This document shows, one piece after another, positions 9,000 through 20,356 of a stretch of 64,000 nt of DNA. Position numbers and translations under genes: made by a program. The number at the start of each line of letters is the position of its first letter. Position 1 is the first letter of the stretch. Source of the stretch: an uncultured delta proteobacterium. GTDB lineage: Bacteria; Desulfobacterota; Binatia; UBA9968. A model generated the notes under the pieces. That model searched no databases. It was not told the DNA's origin and worked only from the letters and a program-made list of their open reading frames with translations. The DNA is taken from positions 96,001 through 160,000 of the forward strand of contig CAWJBB010000046.1 in the NCBI GenBank assembly GCA_963840855.1. The letters run 5' to 3'.

Positions 9000-11696
9000 T
9001 CAGTTGTAGGGGATCATCTTGGATGATGTTCGTGAGTGTTCAATTAGAGACCCGACCTTTTCAACGAGGTCATCGACCGAATATGGTTTGTAAATGCAGT
9101 CCTTCACGCCGGCCTGGAAGAGTTCTGATTTCACTTGCGGCTCTAGATAACCGGTTGTGATGATAATCCTTATCCCCGGGTTTTGCTCCTTCAGCTCATG
9201 AATCACGTCAAAGCCGGTAATTTTGGGCAAGCCGAGATCGAGCACCACGATATCAATCTCTTCTTTATGATGGTGATAAAGATCTATCGCTTCTTCGCCG
9301 TCCATAGCAGTCAGGGTTTGGTAGCCCGCTTTCGACAAGACCTCTCTCAAAAGGCGAACCAGCGCCTCTTCGTCTTCGACCACGAGAACGGTTCCTCGAC
9401 CACTAGCGTATTTTCGACTGGCGCCTTCCCTTTTCACTATCTCATCAACCGACGATTTTCCTTCCGCCCGAAGCACCGGCAAATAGAGCCGAAACGTGGT
9501 GCCGCCTCCAGGCTTACTTTCCACATCGATGAAACCATTATGCTCTTTGACGATGCCGTAGACGATTGCGAGTCCCAGCCCCGTCCCTTCACCGATTCCT
9601 TTAGTAGTGAAGAACGGCTCGAAAATTCGCTCCCGGACTTCTTCTTTCATTCCCATCCCGGTATCGCTGATCACAATTGAGACATACGACTCCGTGCCGG
9701 CTTCGAGGCGGTGCTCCCGCGCTTTGTTTTCGTCGATCCTTTCCGTTCTGACTGTGAGTTTCCCGCCTGCCAGCATGGCGTCGCGCGCATTGACGCAAAT
9801 ATTGAGCAGCGCTTGGCTCAATTGATTTGAATCTGCCATTACCGACGGCAGCCCAGGGTCAAGATCCAATGCGACGTCAATAATTTTGGGAAACGATTGT
9901 TTGATCAGTTCGCTGATCGTCAAAACGAAGTCGTTGGCATCGATGGGAGCTAACTGCGCTTTCGTCCTGCGCGCCACGGTCAAAAGTTGCCGCACCATGG
10001 ACGTGCCGCGTTTGATTTGTTGGTCGATGGTTTTCAAACTTTTGTCAATCTCCTGCTCGGTTAACTGTTCCTCGCCGATGAGCTCAGCGTAACCTTGGAT
10101 AATAGTGAGGATATTGTTGAAATCATGCGCGATGCCGCCGGCCAGCGTCCCGATGCTTTCCATTTTTTGCGCGTGGCGGAGTTGCTCTTCAAGTTTTTTT
10201 TGCTCCTCGAAGGTTCTTAATAGAGCCGCGTTGGCTTGCTTCAAATCGGCCGTGCGCTCCTGAACTCGCCTTTCGAGCTCTTCGTTGGCTTTGACCAAAT
10301 CGCTTTTTGCTTGACGCACGAGTTCGTCCGCATGCTTTCGCTCCATAAACTGGCCGATCTGGCCGCCGATATCGCTGACCATTTGCAGGAAGCGATCGTC
10401 CGGTTCCCTAATCTCGCGGCTGAAGCATTCGATGACCCCAAGGGTCTTGTCTCCCAGTTTGATCGGGAAGCCAAAGGCACTATGTAGCCCCTCTTTGATC
10501 GCTACCGGCGCGCGTCTGAGATTGCTGTCCGTCGCCACATCGGGGATCCAGACCGCCCTGCCGGTGCTCCAAACTCGGCCTGGCAAATCAGTTTCACGAG
10601 TAAACCTGCCTTCTCTAGTGACGGCCTCGAACTGCGATGCTTGTATTGACGGCGGATGCCACACCTCAAAGCAGCGCAATTCACCGCTAGCTCGATCCAT
10701 GCTCCAAACGGCGCCCAGATCACATCCGGACCGTTCGCATAACACCTGGACGATTTTGGCGGCAGCCTCTTTGAGAGCTGGAGATTCTGCCAAGATACGG
10801 CTCACTGCATCTTGAACCTCTAGAAGATGCTCGGCCCGCCGGCCCTCGGAAATGACTGCAGCAAGCACCAACGCCGCAATGGCGATAGTGCCCATAAAGG
10901 ATTGCAGGTGCAGCAGCGATTCATTAGGGCTTGCATGGGCAAACGGACCAACGCCATTTAGCGTCCCGGCCAACGCGATCGCAGAGATGATAAACGCCGA
11001 AGTCACGGCGCCGCGCTGACCGAACCGGAACGCCGCCCACAAAAGCGGCAAGAGCAGTATGTATTCCGAGCTAGAAGGGATGCCTAGTAAAAACACAAGG
11101 TAGGCAAGCAAGATCAGCGATAGCAGCAAACCTGCAGCCTCAACGATCCATTTGGTTTTCAATTGAAAATAAGGCGGTGTCAGCCAAATCAGCAGGATGG
11201 GGGTAACGATCAAATCGCCGACTGCATCGCCCAGCCACCAGGTGAACCAGATGGCTGCGTACTGATTCCAGTGAGCGAAGCCACCCAGGGTCAAGCTGGT
11301 GACGCCGAAGGTCGCGCTAACCGCGGTGCTCAGAATCGGAGCGAGCAGGACGAACTTGAAAATGTTTCTCGCTCGTTCAAAGGCTTTCGTGCCATTGGCG
11401 AAGCGATTGATCGCCCAAGCGCCTAAAAGCGCCTCGAGCGTGTTACCGGCGGCAATGCCAAGTGTGGTTGCCACCGACCCTTGCGTGGTGATGTTCACCA
11501 GAAAGGCGCCGAGAAAAATTCCCGGCCAAAGTTTATATCCCCAGAGGAGCAGTGCCGCCAAAGCTAACCCGGTCGGGGGCCAAACCGCAGAGGCACTCGC
11601 GTGTATATACGCCCATGAAAGCCCGAGCTTGCCGGCGCAGAAATAAACCGCGGCGAGCGCCAAAATCTCTGTCAACGTGCGGAACCCTGATCTCAT
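9000..11696 (-). CDS. Hybrid sensor histidine kinase (MASE1-GAF-HisKA-HATPase-REC)
   Basis: VWPPTG/GNTLEA MASE1 region, [14 protein letters not shown]-box, GTGLGL, C-terminal receiver domain. Confidence 0.93.
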   Translation of the reverse strand: MRSGFRTLTEILALAAVYFCAGKLGLSWAYIHASASAVWPPTGLALAALLLWGYKLWPGIFLGAFLVNITTQGSVATTLGIAAGNTLEALLGAWAINRFANGTKAFERARNIFKFVLLAPILSTAVSATFGVTSLTLGGFAHWNQYAAIWFTWWLGDAVGDLIVTPILLIWLTPPYFQLKTKWIVEAAGLLLSLILLAYLVFLLGIPSSSEYILLLPLLWAAFRFGQRGAVTSAFIISAIALAGTLNGVGPFAHASPNESLLHLQSFMGTIAIAALVLAAVISEGRRAEHLLEVQDAVSRILAESPALKEAAAKIVQVLCERSGCDLGAVWSMDRASGELRCFEVWHPPSIQASQFEAVTREGRFTRETDLPGRVWSTGRAVWIPDVATDSNLRRAPVAIKEGLHSAFGFPIKLGDKTLGVIECFSREIREPDDRFLQMVSDIGGQIGQFMERKHADELVRQAKSDLVKANEELERRVQERTADLKQANAALLRTFEEQKKLEEQLRHAQKMESIGTLAGGIAHDFNNILTIIQGYAELIGEEQLTEQEIDKSLKTIDQQIKRGTSMVRQLLTVARRTKAQLAPIDANDFVLTISELIKQSFPKIIDVALDLDPGLPSVMADSNQLSQALLNICVNARDAMLAGGKLTVRTERIDENKAREHRLEAGTESYVSIVISDTGMGMKEEVRERIFEPFFTTKGIGEGTGLGLAIVYGIVKEHNGFIDVESKPGGGTTFRLYLPVLRAEGKSSVDEIVKREGASRKYASGRGTVLVVEDEEALVRLLREVLSKAGYQTLTAMDGEEAIDLYHHHKEEIDIVVLDLGLPKITGFDVIHELKEQNPGIRIIITTGYLEPQVKSELFQAGVKDCIYKPYSVDDLVEKVGSLIEHSRTSSKMIPYN

Positions 11697-11782
11697 GTTT
11701 ACATCTTTGCCTGTGGCCCGCAGGAGCTTATTTGTAGAGAAAATCTCGATCTCAATTGCTGTTTGGAGCGAAAGACGGACAC

Positions 11783-12088
11783 TTACCGACGGCGCTCGTA
11801 AACTTTCCTACCGCTCGCGCTGTAGTGATAACGACCGCCACGCGGTCCAATGTATGTAACTAGAGCTTCCTGTGAACTAGACTTTCGCTCGCTCAAACTC
11901 GACTTGGATTTATCCGGTGATTCCGTTTCAGTGGCTTGGGCACGATGGCAATGATAACCGCCGTTCTTTCTGTCATGATGGCAGCCCTTTGCGTCAAGGC
12001 CTCCGCCGTGCGGGTAAGCCGGAAGTGCTAGAAACAACAAGAACAAAAAGTTAACAACAGACCAAAGGCACAACGAAGCTGGTTTCAT
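11783..12088 (-). CDS. YHYH domain-containing secreted protein
   Basis: HGGGLDAKGCHHDRKNGGYHCH and a C-terminal GPRGGRY...SGRKVY motif. Confidence 0.8.
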   Translation of the reverse strand: MKPASLCLWSVVNFLFLLFLALPAYPHGGGLDAKGCHHDRKNGGYHCHRAQATETESPDKSKSSLSERKSSSQEALVTYIGPRGGRYHYSASGRKVYERRR

Positions 12089-12804
12089 AGAGCCTGCTTT
12101 CGCTAAGTTGGCACACGTGAACAGTCGATTCTTATTTTTGGAATCGGAATCTTAAAATTTTTCTACCCTAATCGCCCAAGGGAAGGGCGAAGAAAAGGGG
12201 GAACTAACTTCTCGGTTTTTAGCTTCAGCAACCCGCTGCATGTCCGCAATCTTCTGTCCGTACACTGCCGTAGCATCTACGGACAACTTCTGAACATCTC
12301 GGGCAGTGAGCAAGAATCAGTTGCCCCCAAATCGCCAGCGTTGCGCGATCGGCAGCATGGTCTTTCTCTAGAGGTCAGAGATTTGTCAAAGCCCAGGTTT
12401 CACGAGGGGTAGTGGTTCGAGTGGATACTCTAACCAGAGTATCAAAAAATTAAAAAAATTCTCTAGTTTATATTGACATCTCATGACAAAGTGTTGCCTG
12501 TTGGCGCCAAATACGGCCCGGATCAGCACCCCATCTCCCTAACGACCCGCAGCCTATCTCCGTCAAAAACCAAACCGTTAGGATTGGAAAACGATGCCAA
12601 AGAACCCCGTGGCACAAAGGCAACCGCCGAGCTGGATGTCGGAGTAGAGGGCGCTTACCGCCCTTGGGGCGGCCGTCGATTACGCATTAGAGAGCCCGCC
12701 GGGATAACATCGTTGTTCGGATCCACGACCGGAAAGACAAGGGGTGTCTTTTTTACACACCCACGGTGTCGAAAAAGCCACCTTATCAATCTCCAGCGCG
12801 CAGA

Positions 12805-13467
12805 TCATTGATTCACTGATTGCTTCTTTATCATGGCAGCCTGCACCGAATCATAGTAGGTGCTCTTCTTGTCCTGCGGCTTTGCGTCTTCATGCTCCTT
12901 GGATAGTGGAACAGCTAAAACCCACAACACAGGCTTATCCTTAAGCAGGGGCTTGTCCCGATAAAATTTCGTCACCGCCTCAGCAAGATCGCCAAACGTG
13001 TGTCCTGCAATCACTGCCTCAATGCGTCCAGACAGTTTTGATTCAGCTTCCTGTGGTGCAGTGAAGCTGCTTGAGCCAAACTGATAATCCAAATTTCTAT
13101 TTTGCTTCTGAGCGTCCACCTCTTGGCTGGTAACAGCGTGAATGTTACCGAGTGCCATAGCGATTTCGCTAACCCCTCTTAGATACATAAGTCGGGCCAA
13201 CAGACCGTTTTCCATCCACCATTTGCCGTCTACCATTCCCACTACCGTTGAATTGCCCTTTTTATGTGCTTCCTCAATATCCTGTTTGTCTTTAGTGACG
13301 ACGCGATCAATGAGTGATTCGATAGACAATGTCACCGATTCAGGTATCTCGATAGTCTTTTGTGCCGTATTTGAAGGGTACTGTTGGGTTATCCGGTCGC
13401 AACCTAATTGGATGAGAGCAAAACTCAGAGCCAGACAAAACTCTACGAGCGATCGAACGAACTTCAT
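12805..13467 (-). CDS. Hypothetical lipoprotein
   Basis: 220 aa ORF with lipobox QLGC. Confidence 0.6.
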   Translation of the reverse strand: MKFVRSLVEFCLALSFALIQLGCDRITQQYPSNTAQKTIEIPESVTLSIESLIDRVVTKDKQDIEEAHKKGNSTVVGMVDGKWWMENGLLARLMYLRGVSEIAMALGNIHAVTSQEVDAQKQNRNLDYQFGSSSFTAPQEAESKLSGRIEAVIAGHTFGDLAEAVTKFYRDKPLLKDKPVLWVLAVPLSKEHEDAKPQDKKSTYYDSVQAAMIKKQSVNQ

Positions 13468-13605
13468 TGGGATACCTTCTGTAAAATAAACGGCCTCTCC
13501 ACGCCCCGATCAGCGAATGTTCATATCGTGGGTGGATTGGCGCACCTATATCGTAGCCGAGCGGACATGTTAGTGGCGTTGAACTCTAGGTTCATCCGCC
13601 GCGCT

Positions 13606-13920
13606 TCAAAGACCGGTGCATTGATAGGGGACTTTGACTATCCAACGATAACAGTCACCGCCCGATGCGTGAACGCACTGCCTCGTGGTTCCGCCGAACG
13701 CATGGGCATTTTCATAGCCCCATGCGCGGCACCTTTCTGCCGCCGTGGCAGCGGCGACATTTCTATCGACTTCCGGCTTCTCGAACATGCCGTACTCAAA
13801 ACCCATGCTCACGGTCCCGTCTGCGCGACTTCCGCCAAGCGGAACCATATCTTTTTGAACCGTACATCCGGCGCTGAGCATGAGCAGCATTGCTGCCATG
13901 ACGAGCTTGCGTCTTGTCAT
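13606..13920 (-). CDS. YecR-like lipoprotein
   Basis: Lipobox SAGC; GGSRADGTV...A..RC.AWGY..A.AFGG...YQC signature; AGGAG SD. Confidence 0.8.
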   Translation of the reverse strand: MTRRKLVMAAMLLMLSAGCTVQKDMVPLGGSRADGTVSMGFEYGMFEKPEVDRNVAAATAAERCRAWGYENAHAFGGTTRQCVHASGGDCYRWIVKVPYQCTGL

Positions 13921-14189
13921 TTTTTTCTCCTTTTCAACTGGACTCGCACGTTTGCATCGTGCAGCTCGCGCTCGGCGAGTTTTTGCACGCGCTCTGGGGT
14001 GAGGTAAGTTTCGGCGTCTTTGAGCGTAGCTGAGCAATTCAGGTGCCAGTTTTTTCGCAACGGGTCTTTAGAGGGAACTATGAGGAATGCGGGGCTACCA
14101 CTATCGCCGCGCGGCTATAGCAAACTGGAAGGTCGTCGTAATCAACGCAGGAATGAGAAAGGGTTTTTCGTATCGCCGGACGGCGATAG

Positions 14190-14403
14190 CAGCGTACAGG
14201 GGTTGTTGGGACTTGAGGCCGTACTTTTTGACGAGGCGGAAGAGAGCGTTCTGGTTCATCTTTAACAGAACCGCCGCCTTATAGACGTTGCCTTCGGTCA
14301 GAGCCAGGGCCGTTAGAACCCCAGTGACTTAGATTTCGGTCCTGTTAAATAAACACGTTGGAACCGCCGACCCGGTGATGAAATAGCCTTTGTAGTCTTC
14401 CAT
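14190..14403 (-). pseudogene. Remnant ORF including a Fis-type HTH fragment
   Basis: MEDYKGYFITGSAVP..., a stop, then in the same frame LALTEGNVYKAAVLLKMNQNALFRLVKKYGL. Confidence 0.4.
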
Positions 14404-14909
14404 AGCCGCCCGTCTATTATCGTCCAGCGGGCGGATGGTCAAGGCCCCCCTGCGCTGTCAAAGGGCCTCTTCCATGGTAAACATATTGAGAAACATTTTA
14501 CTGCAGGCGGAGGAGGGTTGGGGATGTGTTCTTTAACTCGGCTTGCCCTTCCGCTGAAAGCCGGGAGACCGACAGAAGGCAGCGATGCCACAGAAGAAAG
14601 CCGATCGCCTACAGCCTGAAAAATACGTAGGCAGCATTCGCGACCCAAACTATTCGTACGAAGAAAACCATTACGTTCTGACGCATTTTTTTCACGCTGG
14701 CCCTCACCCTCTGACGAGTGGAGTTTATAAACGTTGGGGGCACGGTCAGAGTGGAGACTCCCTTTTCACTATCGAGGAAAAGGAGGATCTCGCACGTTCT
14801 TACGCCAAGGAAATTGACCGGGTTCTCGGGCCCCCTTTTTCTCCAGAGGCAGGTTGCATTGACAGACCCCCCGCAAAGCCGCAAATTGAAGTCGAAAGGA
14901 AACCCGAAG

Positions 14910-15257
14910 GTGGACCCCCTAACGAACGCATACCTGCAGTGGATGTGCGACAACCAACCGGATTACGTCCGGGAGTTACTCCAGAAAAACCAGATAGGGG
15001 AACTGGACCGGGTGTTAGCCCTATCGGTGGACCCGGCGTGGAGGTTTTACCACCAGAGGAGGGCGGAGGGAAAGGAATACTCGGAGGCGATCGACCTGGC
15101 GATGGAGGCGTTGATACCGAGAGAAAACCCGGAACTGGGCGACCAGGAAGAGATGAGCCAAGAGGACCAGCAGTTAGTCAGGAAGAAACTCGAACGGAGA
15201 CAGGAGATCTGGGATTGGTTAACCGGGCTGCAAAGCCAACGACCCGGACAGGCGTAA
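14910..15257 (+). CDS. Small helical hypothetical protein overlapping a Pro/Gly-rich ORF in another frame
   Basis: GTG start after an AAAGGA SD; globular composition (AYLQWMCDNQPDYVRELLQ...). Confidence 0.45.
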   Translation: MDPLTNAYLQWMCDNQPDYVRELLQKNQIGELDRVLALSVDPAWRFYHQRRAEGKEYSEAIDLAMEALIPRENPELGDQEEMSQEDQQLVRKKLERRQEIWDWLTGLQSQRPGQA

Positions 15258-15300
15258 ACCACGCCCCTGGATTTCCGGCCTCTTGTCAGCTTGCCACGTT

Positions 15301-15748
15301 TCATTTCTCAGTTCCGCCCGGCACCGTCGGCGGTGGTATTTCAATGGGCAGCACTTCCTCGTCGGGACGAAGGGGTCTAAATCGCGCGGTTTCGGCGGGA
15401 TTTGGTGGATTCCACGTGATTGCCTGCCAAGCGCACTCGGCGGGAGTCATTAAGGCCATCTTGCGCCGTAGCGCAATTGTCACACGGTTCGATTGGTCGT
15501 TTAAGTTCTCCAAGATGCTCGTGCCTGCATCCAGGCCCTCTGGCCGCATGGTTTTAATCAGATCCAGTGCCAGCCGCCTAGCTTCACGAGAGTCGGCGCG
15601 CGCCTTCTCAATCAGGTACGGTCTTTGTCTCGCCTCTAGAATCCCGCACGGATGCGGCGAACCGAAAGAAGAACCATGTGAGGGCAAGGTAGGCCGCTAT
15701 AATTCCCACCATGCCGACGAACAAATGCTTCATTGTAATTTTGCCCAT
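15301..15748 (-). CDS. Membrane-anchored hypothetical protein (1-nt frameshift near 15665)
   Basis: MGKITMKHLFVGMVGIIAAYLALTWFFF joins GSPHPCGILEARQRPY... after a single-base shift. Confidence 0.5.
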
Positions 15749-15779
15749 GGGTCCGCGTGAGCCTTAAACCATGGCGGGC

Positions 15780-15809
15780 ATTCTCCCCCCGGAAACCAGC
15801 CCAGGTCAA
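15780..15809 (-). promoter_or_regulatory. Sigma70-type promoter for divergent cargo (element 1)
   Basis: TTGACC-N18-GAGAAT on the minus strand; same layout at 26451-26480. Confidence 0.55.
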
Positions 15810-15868
15810 CCTCAAATTCTGTTATTGATTTCTACCACCAAAAACTTCAAAGTCGCTTTGTAACCCAC

Positions 15869-15944
15869 GGGGTCTAGGGTAGCGCACCCGAAAAGCCGGT
15901 TAAAGGATGAACGCCAGTTCATCCCCTCCTGCCGGCCTGACCCC
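15869..15944 (+). ncRNA. Structured leader RNA (CI/C4-like candidate), element 1
   Basis: GGGGUC-U-AG/CUGACCCC closing stem, CACCCGAAAA junction, GCCGGU/GCCGGC stem, inner GGAUGAAC/GUUCAUCC hairpin; homologous to 26537-26594. Confidence 0.65.
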
Positions 15945-15978
15945 TTCATGAAAGCAGGAGGCCGTCAAGGAGGGCGGG

Positions 15979-16737
15979 ATGAAAACAACCAAGAATACAT
16001 TCGATGTAGAATCTGCTTTTGTCTGGGGCCCTTGGCAAAAACAGATCCAAGAAACCTTCGACAAGGCCGGACCCATCATCGAAAAACTCTCGCCTGAGAT
16101 TGACCCAGGATATATTTATTACCTACTTCGAGAGCAGACTTATATCGCCATGAACAGGGCCAATGCTGACCAGCGGAAAATTGAACAATCGTGGGTCAAG
16201 TTATGTCATGCACTAGAGACCTTTCTGTCATGCGCTTTCGGTAGTAAACCTTTGCGAGAAATCGAGCGAGCTTTGGCGGAAGCCGCGGGAGAAGAGAAGG
16301 CAAAGCTGAAGCTACAGGTGAGACCAGAAGAACTAGCCCCTACGCCCTCTAAAGAAATGCTGAAGGCATTGAATAGCTATGCAGATGAACTCGGACTTCT
16401 GCGCTACAAGTGGGTGGTTAGCGAAGACCGGGCAGGTGGTAGACCACCTGCTGAGTGGACTAATGACGTGGCTTTTGCCATGGAAGTGCACTTTACTGCG
16501 AAGTTGGGAACGCCGCAGCGAAGGGTTATCAGTCAACTCCTCTTCTGTGCCCCCGCGGCGGCCTCCATATCCATGGAACAAAAACAGATTCGCCAGAGAC
16601 TTTCTAAGAAAAGAAGAGAAAACAAAAAGCCCATATTGTCTAACATGGCCTACGATCTAGAACGTCCCTACCGCGAATGGGTTGAAGCAGGAGCTAAAGG
16701 ACCGTGTCCCTCTTTTTGTCCACCGGTCAATTTTTAG
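15979..16737 (+). CDS. Hypothetical protein, first gene of element 1 core operon
   Basis: 252 aa ORF with AGGAGG SD. Confidence 0.7.
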   Translation: MKTTKNTFDVESAFVWGPWQKQIQETFDKAGPIIEKLSPEIDPGYIYYLLREQTYIAMNRANADQRKIEQSWVKLCHALETFLSCAFGSKPLREIERALAEAAGEEKAKLKLQVRPEELAPTPSKEMLKALNSYADELGLLRYKWVVSEDRAGGRPPAEWTNDVAFAMEVHFTAKLGTPQRRVISQLLFCAPAAASISMEQKQIRQRLSKKRRENKKPILSNMAYDLERPYREWVEAGAKGPCPSFCPPVNF

Positions 16738-16925
16738 AAAGCCCACGTCTGATACTCGGTTATCTGAGGAAACTTTCACAAAACTCGCCACGAACCTGCA
16801 CCAAAAATACGCGCAACCAAGACAAAAATAGGGAGCGATAAACCAGTTAGGGTTTATCGCATCGTGACAAAGGGGCTGAGAGTGGTCAAACTGCTCTCAG
16901 CTTTTTTATTTTCACGAGGTGAAAG

Positions 16926-17105
16926 ATGATTGAAGAACCCATCGACCCCGAAGGTGCGGCCAAGGTGCTCGGGATCAAAACGATCACCGTATACAAGTGG
17001 GTGCATGAACGGAAGATCCCCTTCCTTAAAGTCGGCGGCGCTCTGAGGTTTCGGCCTTCGGCGCTTGAGGAGTGGCTGCGCCAACGCGAATTTTCACCGA
17101 AATAA
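16926..17105 (+). CDS. Excisionase/AlpA-like HTH_17 protein (59 aa, not in ORF track)
   Basis: MIEEPIDPEGAAKVLGIKTITVYKWVHERKIPFLKVGGALRFRPSALEEWL; GAGGTG SD. Confidence 0.85.
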   Translation: MIEEPIDPEGAAKVLGIKTITVYKWVHERKIPFLKVGGALRFRPSALEEWLRQREFSPK

Positions 17106-17164
17106 AGACAGCAGCGCCCCGGACATGCTGGCAGGCAGCCGAGGCGCGAAAAGGAGAGAATGCG

Positions 17165-17350
17165 ATGCAACAGATCAATAGCACAAACACGAACGGTGAT
17201 TCAATTCCAGCACCACGGGCACGCTGTATCGTCGAGTTTCTCGAGGGCGATACCAGTCGGCCGCCCATCGTTTATCCACTGGGGGGTTGCGACGAGATCG
17301 ACATGGCGATGTGCGATGCGATCTTGGAGAGGTGGGGAGCGCGGGAATGA
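17165..17350 (+). CDS. Small hypothetical protein upstream of rep
   Basis: AGGAG SD; ATGA overlap with rep; positional equivalent of 27761-27961. Confidence 0.5.
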   Translation: MQQINSTNTNGDSIPAPRARCIVEFLEGDTSRPPIVYPLGGCDEIDMAMCDAILERWGARE

Positions 17351-18183
17351 GCGTCAAAGTCATGACCCGCGTCTGGGAATATTCCCAGGCCAAACACTCG
17401 GAGCTTCTTATAATGCTCGCGCTGGCCGACTGGTCCGACGATGCCGGCGCGAGTTATCCGTCAATCCCAAAACTAGCCCGTAAGGCGAGACTCACAGGGC
17501 GCCAGACCAGGCGGGCACTCAATGAACTGGAAACTATAGGTGAGATTCACCGGAACAGGAGCAACGGTGGCCGGGATCGTCCAAATCACTACCTCATAAT
17601 CCTCACTGAAAACCCTGACAAAATTACCCTGAAAAAAATACAGGGTAAAAATTACCCTGAAAAAAACGACCAAGAAACCCTAGTAAAAATGTCAGGGGCT
17701 CTTATACGTCATAGAACCGTCAATAAGAAAGAGAGCACGGAATCAGACAAGCTGATTCCTGATTCTCTTTCCACCAAATCGAAGAGAAAACTTACCCGGC
17801 CGGCGCCTGACGATCGGGTTAAACCGTTCTTGACTTGGTTCGCCGAAGAGTACGAGAGGCGCATCGGCGGACCGTACGCCCCCAAGTGGGGTAAGGATGG
17901 CAAGCTCATCAAAGAGCTTCCTCCGGCTTTCGACCTGCCGAGGCTTAAAGACCTGGCCGTTCGCTTCTTTGAGTCTCCAGATCCATGGGTCCGGCAAAAC
18001 GGCGGGTTCACCGTTGGCGTTTTCATTAGTCAGATAAACAAGATCAGTTCCACCGGACCCGGCAGCAACGGCCACACCAAGCCCACCGAAGTGAAAGACT
18101 TGGACAACGGCATGGTTGAGGTCGATGGGCGGTCTATGGATCGGCGGACATACGAAAGGCGATATGGAAGCACAATCAACTGA
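17347..18183 (+). CDS. Phage-type replication initiator (N-terminal wHTH, lambda-O-like layout)
   Basis: MSVKVMTRVW...LIMLALADWSDDAG.SYPSI..LA.KARL; iteron cluster in the linker; followed by dnaB. Confidence 0.85.
   Translation: MSVKVMTRVWEYSQAKHSELLIMLALADWSDDAGASYPSIPKLARKARLTGRQTRRALNELETIGEIHRNRSNGGRDRPNHYLIILTENPDKITLKKIQGKNYPEKNDQETLVKMSGALIRHRTVNKKESTESDKLIPDSLSTKSKRKLTRPAPDDRVKPFLTWFAEEYERRIGGPYAPKWGKDGKLIKELPPAFDLPRLKDLAVRFFESPDPWVRQNGGFTVGVFISQINKISSTGPGSNGHTKPTEVKDLDNGMVEVDGRSMDRRTYERRYGSTIN
17609..17698. repeat. Iteron cluster / putative origin inside rep (element 1)
   Basis: 19-bp direct repeat aaaattaccctgaaaaaaa (17620, 17648), palindrome cagggtaaaaattaccctg, further ACCCT/AGGG half-sites. 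Confidence 0.75.
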
Positions 18184-19006
18184 ATCGGCCAAGTTTGTTA
18201 CCCAGGACGAAGCCCGTACCCGGTGGCTCAAATCTTTAGAGGCGCGCGACCATCGCCGCTATTTCAAATCAGGGTTCAAGGCACACGAGCAATCTGTAGG
18301 TGCATTCCTGCGCGGCTCATTCAATCTTTTTGCTGCGCGTCCAGGCGTCGGGAAAACTGCTTTCTTGTTCGCCCTCGCCTATCGCCAGGTGTTGGCCGGC
18401 GTAAGGGCTTATTTCTGCAATCTCGAAATGGGCGCCGAGCAAATGTGGAACCGGCTGGCATGTCTCCATGATGAGTCTCTAACGCTGCGCGAATTGAACG
18501 AAGGCGAAATAACCGACAACCGCGTCCAATACTTGACGGCGCTATCCGAAAAGCTGGCGGGGTTCTCGCCGTTGTTTTTCGAGAGCACCGAACTTAGGGC
18601 GCTGATTGCGGCGACCCAAGCGGAAATCAAGCCGTCGTCCGACTCGATCCTCTTTGTTGATTATATCGGCCTATTCACTGACAAGCGTTTAGGCCCGCAA
18701 GAGCGTTATTGGCTAATATCCGAATGCGCGAAGGCTCTAAAACTTCTCGCCCGTCAATTGGACATTCCCATCATCGCGGCTGTGCAACTCAACCGGCAGC
18801 TAGAAAACCGCAAAGATAAGACACCGACGCTGGCAGACTTAAGAGATTCGGGCGAACTCGAAAACCACGCTGATTCAGTATTCGCATTGACCCGCGAGGA
18901 TCGCGGCGTGTTGGAAATTGATTGCTTAAAAAATCGTCACGGTCCGCTTGCATCGTATTCCCTCCGATTCGACGGCCCGCGGGTGGCGCTGGAGGAATTT
19001 GATTGA
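18164..19006 (+). CDS. DnaB-like helicase, C-terminal (RecA-fold) domain only
   Basis: AARPGVGKT Walker A, LEM, VDY, QLNR, LRDSGELENHAD, LKNRHG; only ~280 aa. Confidence 0.88.
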   Translation: MEAQSTESAKFVTQDEARTRWLKSLEARDHRRYFKSGFKAHEQSVGAFLRGSFNLFAARPGVGKTAFLFALAYRQVLAGVRAYFCNLEMGAEQMWNRLACLHDESLTLRELNEGEITDNRVQYLTALSEKLAGFSPLFFESTELRALIAATQAEIKPSSDSILFVDYIGLFTDKRLGPQERYWLISECAKALKLLARQLDIPIIAAVQLNRQLENRKDKTPTLADLRDSGELENHADSVFALTREDRGVLEIDCLKNRHGPLASYSLRFDGPRVALEEFD

Positions 19007-19755
19007 TGCAATTCACCGCGCCTTACGCCCTAATCGGCGACAGTGCAAACCTTGCGTTGCATCTTCACCCGGATCATCTGGCAGACTTGCGAGCGTCAGG
19101 CCTGCGCGATGAGACAATCCGCGCCGCCGGCGTCTATTCGCTCGCGCCACGATTCATTGAGCACTTTTTCGGGAGTGTACCAGCCGAGGTTCAAACCGCG
19201 CTTTGCTTTCCTTATCCGGGCGGCGACTTCGCTCGGATCAAGCTCTTTCCCGCGTTAGGTAAGATGAAATATTCCCAACCGCCCAAAACTGGCGCCCGGC
19301 TTTACCTCCCCTTCGAGGTGAAGGACGGCTCGTTGTACGTGTGTGAAGGCGAGAAAAAGACGTTGGCCGCACATCAGGCCAGCATGAACGCGGCCGGGAT
19401 TGGTGGGCTTTGGAATTGGCTGACGAAAGGTGAGCCCATTGATGACCTAAAACTTATCGAGTGGGACGGCCGTGACGTTATCATCATTCCAGATTCTGAC
19501 GTGTTTCAACGCCAAGACTTACTTAGAGCGGTTTATGCCCTGGGCCGCGAGCTGAGAGGGCGCGGGGCGTCGGTCAGCGTCGCCGAGATCCCGCAACCGG
19601 GACAGGAGAAGATCGGACTTGATGACTACTTTGTGGCGGGCGGGCGCGTCGATGATCTGCAAACGTGCACTCTTGGCGGGCAAACCTTCCGGTCAGCGTC
19701 ATTCTGGTATGGGCAATGGAAAATAAAAACGGCGACATTAGCGACAGCGGCGTGA
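19003..19755 (+). CDS. DUF3854 / TOPRIM-like primase-related protein
   Basis: HLADLRASGL, KYSQP, VCEGEKK, GIGGLWNW, PDSD, KIGLDDY. Confidence 0.8.
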   Translation: MMQFTAPYALIGDSANLALHLHPDHLADLRASGLRDETIRAAGVYSLAPRFIEHFFGSVPAEVQTALCFPYPGGDFARIKLFPALGKMKYSQPPKTGARLYLPFEVKDGSLYVCEGEKKTLAAHQASMNAAGIGGLWNWLTKGEPIDDLKLIEWDGRDVIIIPDSDVFQRQDLLRAVYALGRELRGRGASVSVAEIPQPGQEKIGLDDYFVAGGRVDDLQTCTLGGQTFRSASFWYGQWKIKTATLATAA

Positions 19756-19799
19756 GGAGCAGGCGGCAACATAGGCGAGCGCAAGGAAGGGAAAAACCA

Positions 19800-20264
19800 A
19801 TGGAGGACGTGACTATGACTGACGCACAGGAGCTTTGGCTGATTGCCGAGAGGCGGAGAGCCTATGCTAAGAACGTGACGGCGCACGAGGTAGATTATAA
19901 CGTTGACGATGATGGGCTTGCGCACATCGTGGAGGACTCGATCAGCGAGTTTATCAGGTGTTGGTATACGTTCTACATCGAAGGCCAGACTTGCCGCCGT
20001 GATGCCGCTGTACTCGATTGGGCACCAATACGAGCGATGACGGCGGCGCTTCTCATGAATCCAGAGCGTCTACGCCGGGTCATCGAAGAGTTTCAAAAGA
20101 GGCACAAGTACAGGGAGGACGAGCTGTTCGACCCGGTAGTGGCGTTGATCAGCGAGAAGCTACTGGACGCAGCAGGTGCGATAAACGATGGTAATGAATG
20201 GACGGTGCCGCAGGATGTCATGGAGAAGCTGCGAGAAAATGCGCACCCAACGGTGCGGCATTGA
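19800..20264 (+). CDS. Hypothetical protein
   Basis: 154 aa ORF with a purine-rich SD, in operon orientation. Confidence 0.55.
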   Translation: MEDVTMTDAQELWLIAERRRAYAKNVTAHEVDYNVDDDGLAHIVEDSISEFIRCWYTFYIEGQTCRRDAAVLDWAPIRAMTAALLMNPERLRRVIEEFQKRHKYREDELFDPVVALISEKLLDAAGAINDGNEWTVPQDVMEKLRENAHPTVRH

Positions 20265-20356
20265 AAGCGGCGAGGGATGACTAGGCGGCGAATAGGCGGG
20301 CACTTTCTGAAGCCGATCCCGATTAAGCCTAACCAACGAAAAACCAACGAAAACCG

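Noticed and set aside
14585-15760. 391-aa ORF as one real protein
   Set aside because: Its last third is the antisense shadow of the 15301-15748 gene; only the first ~230 codons are considered under the dual-coding finding.
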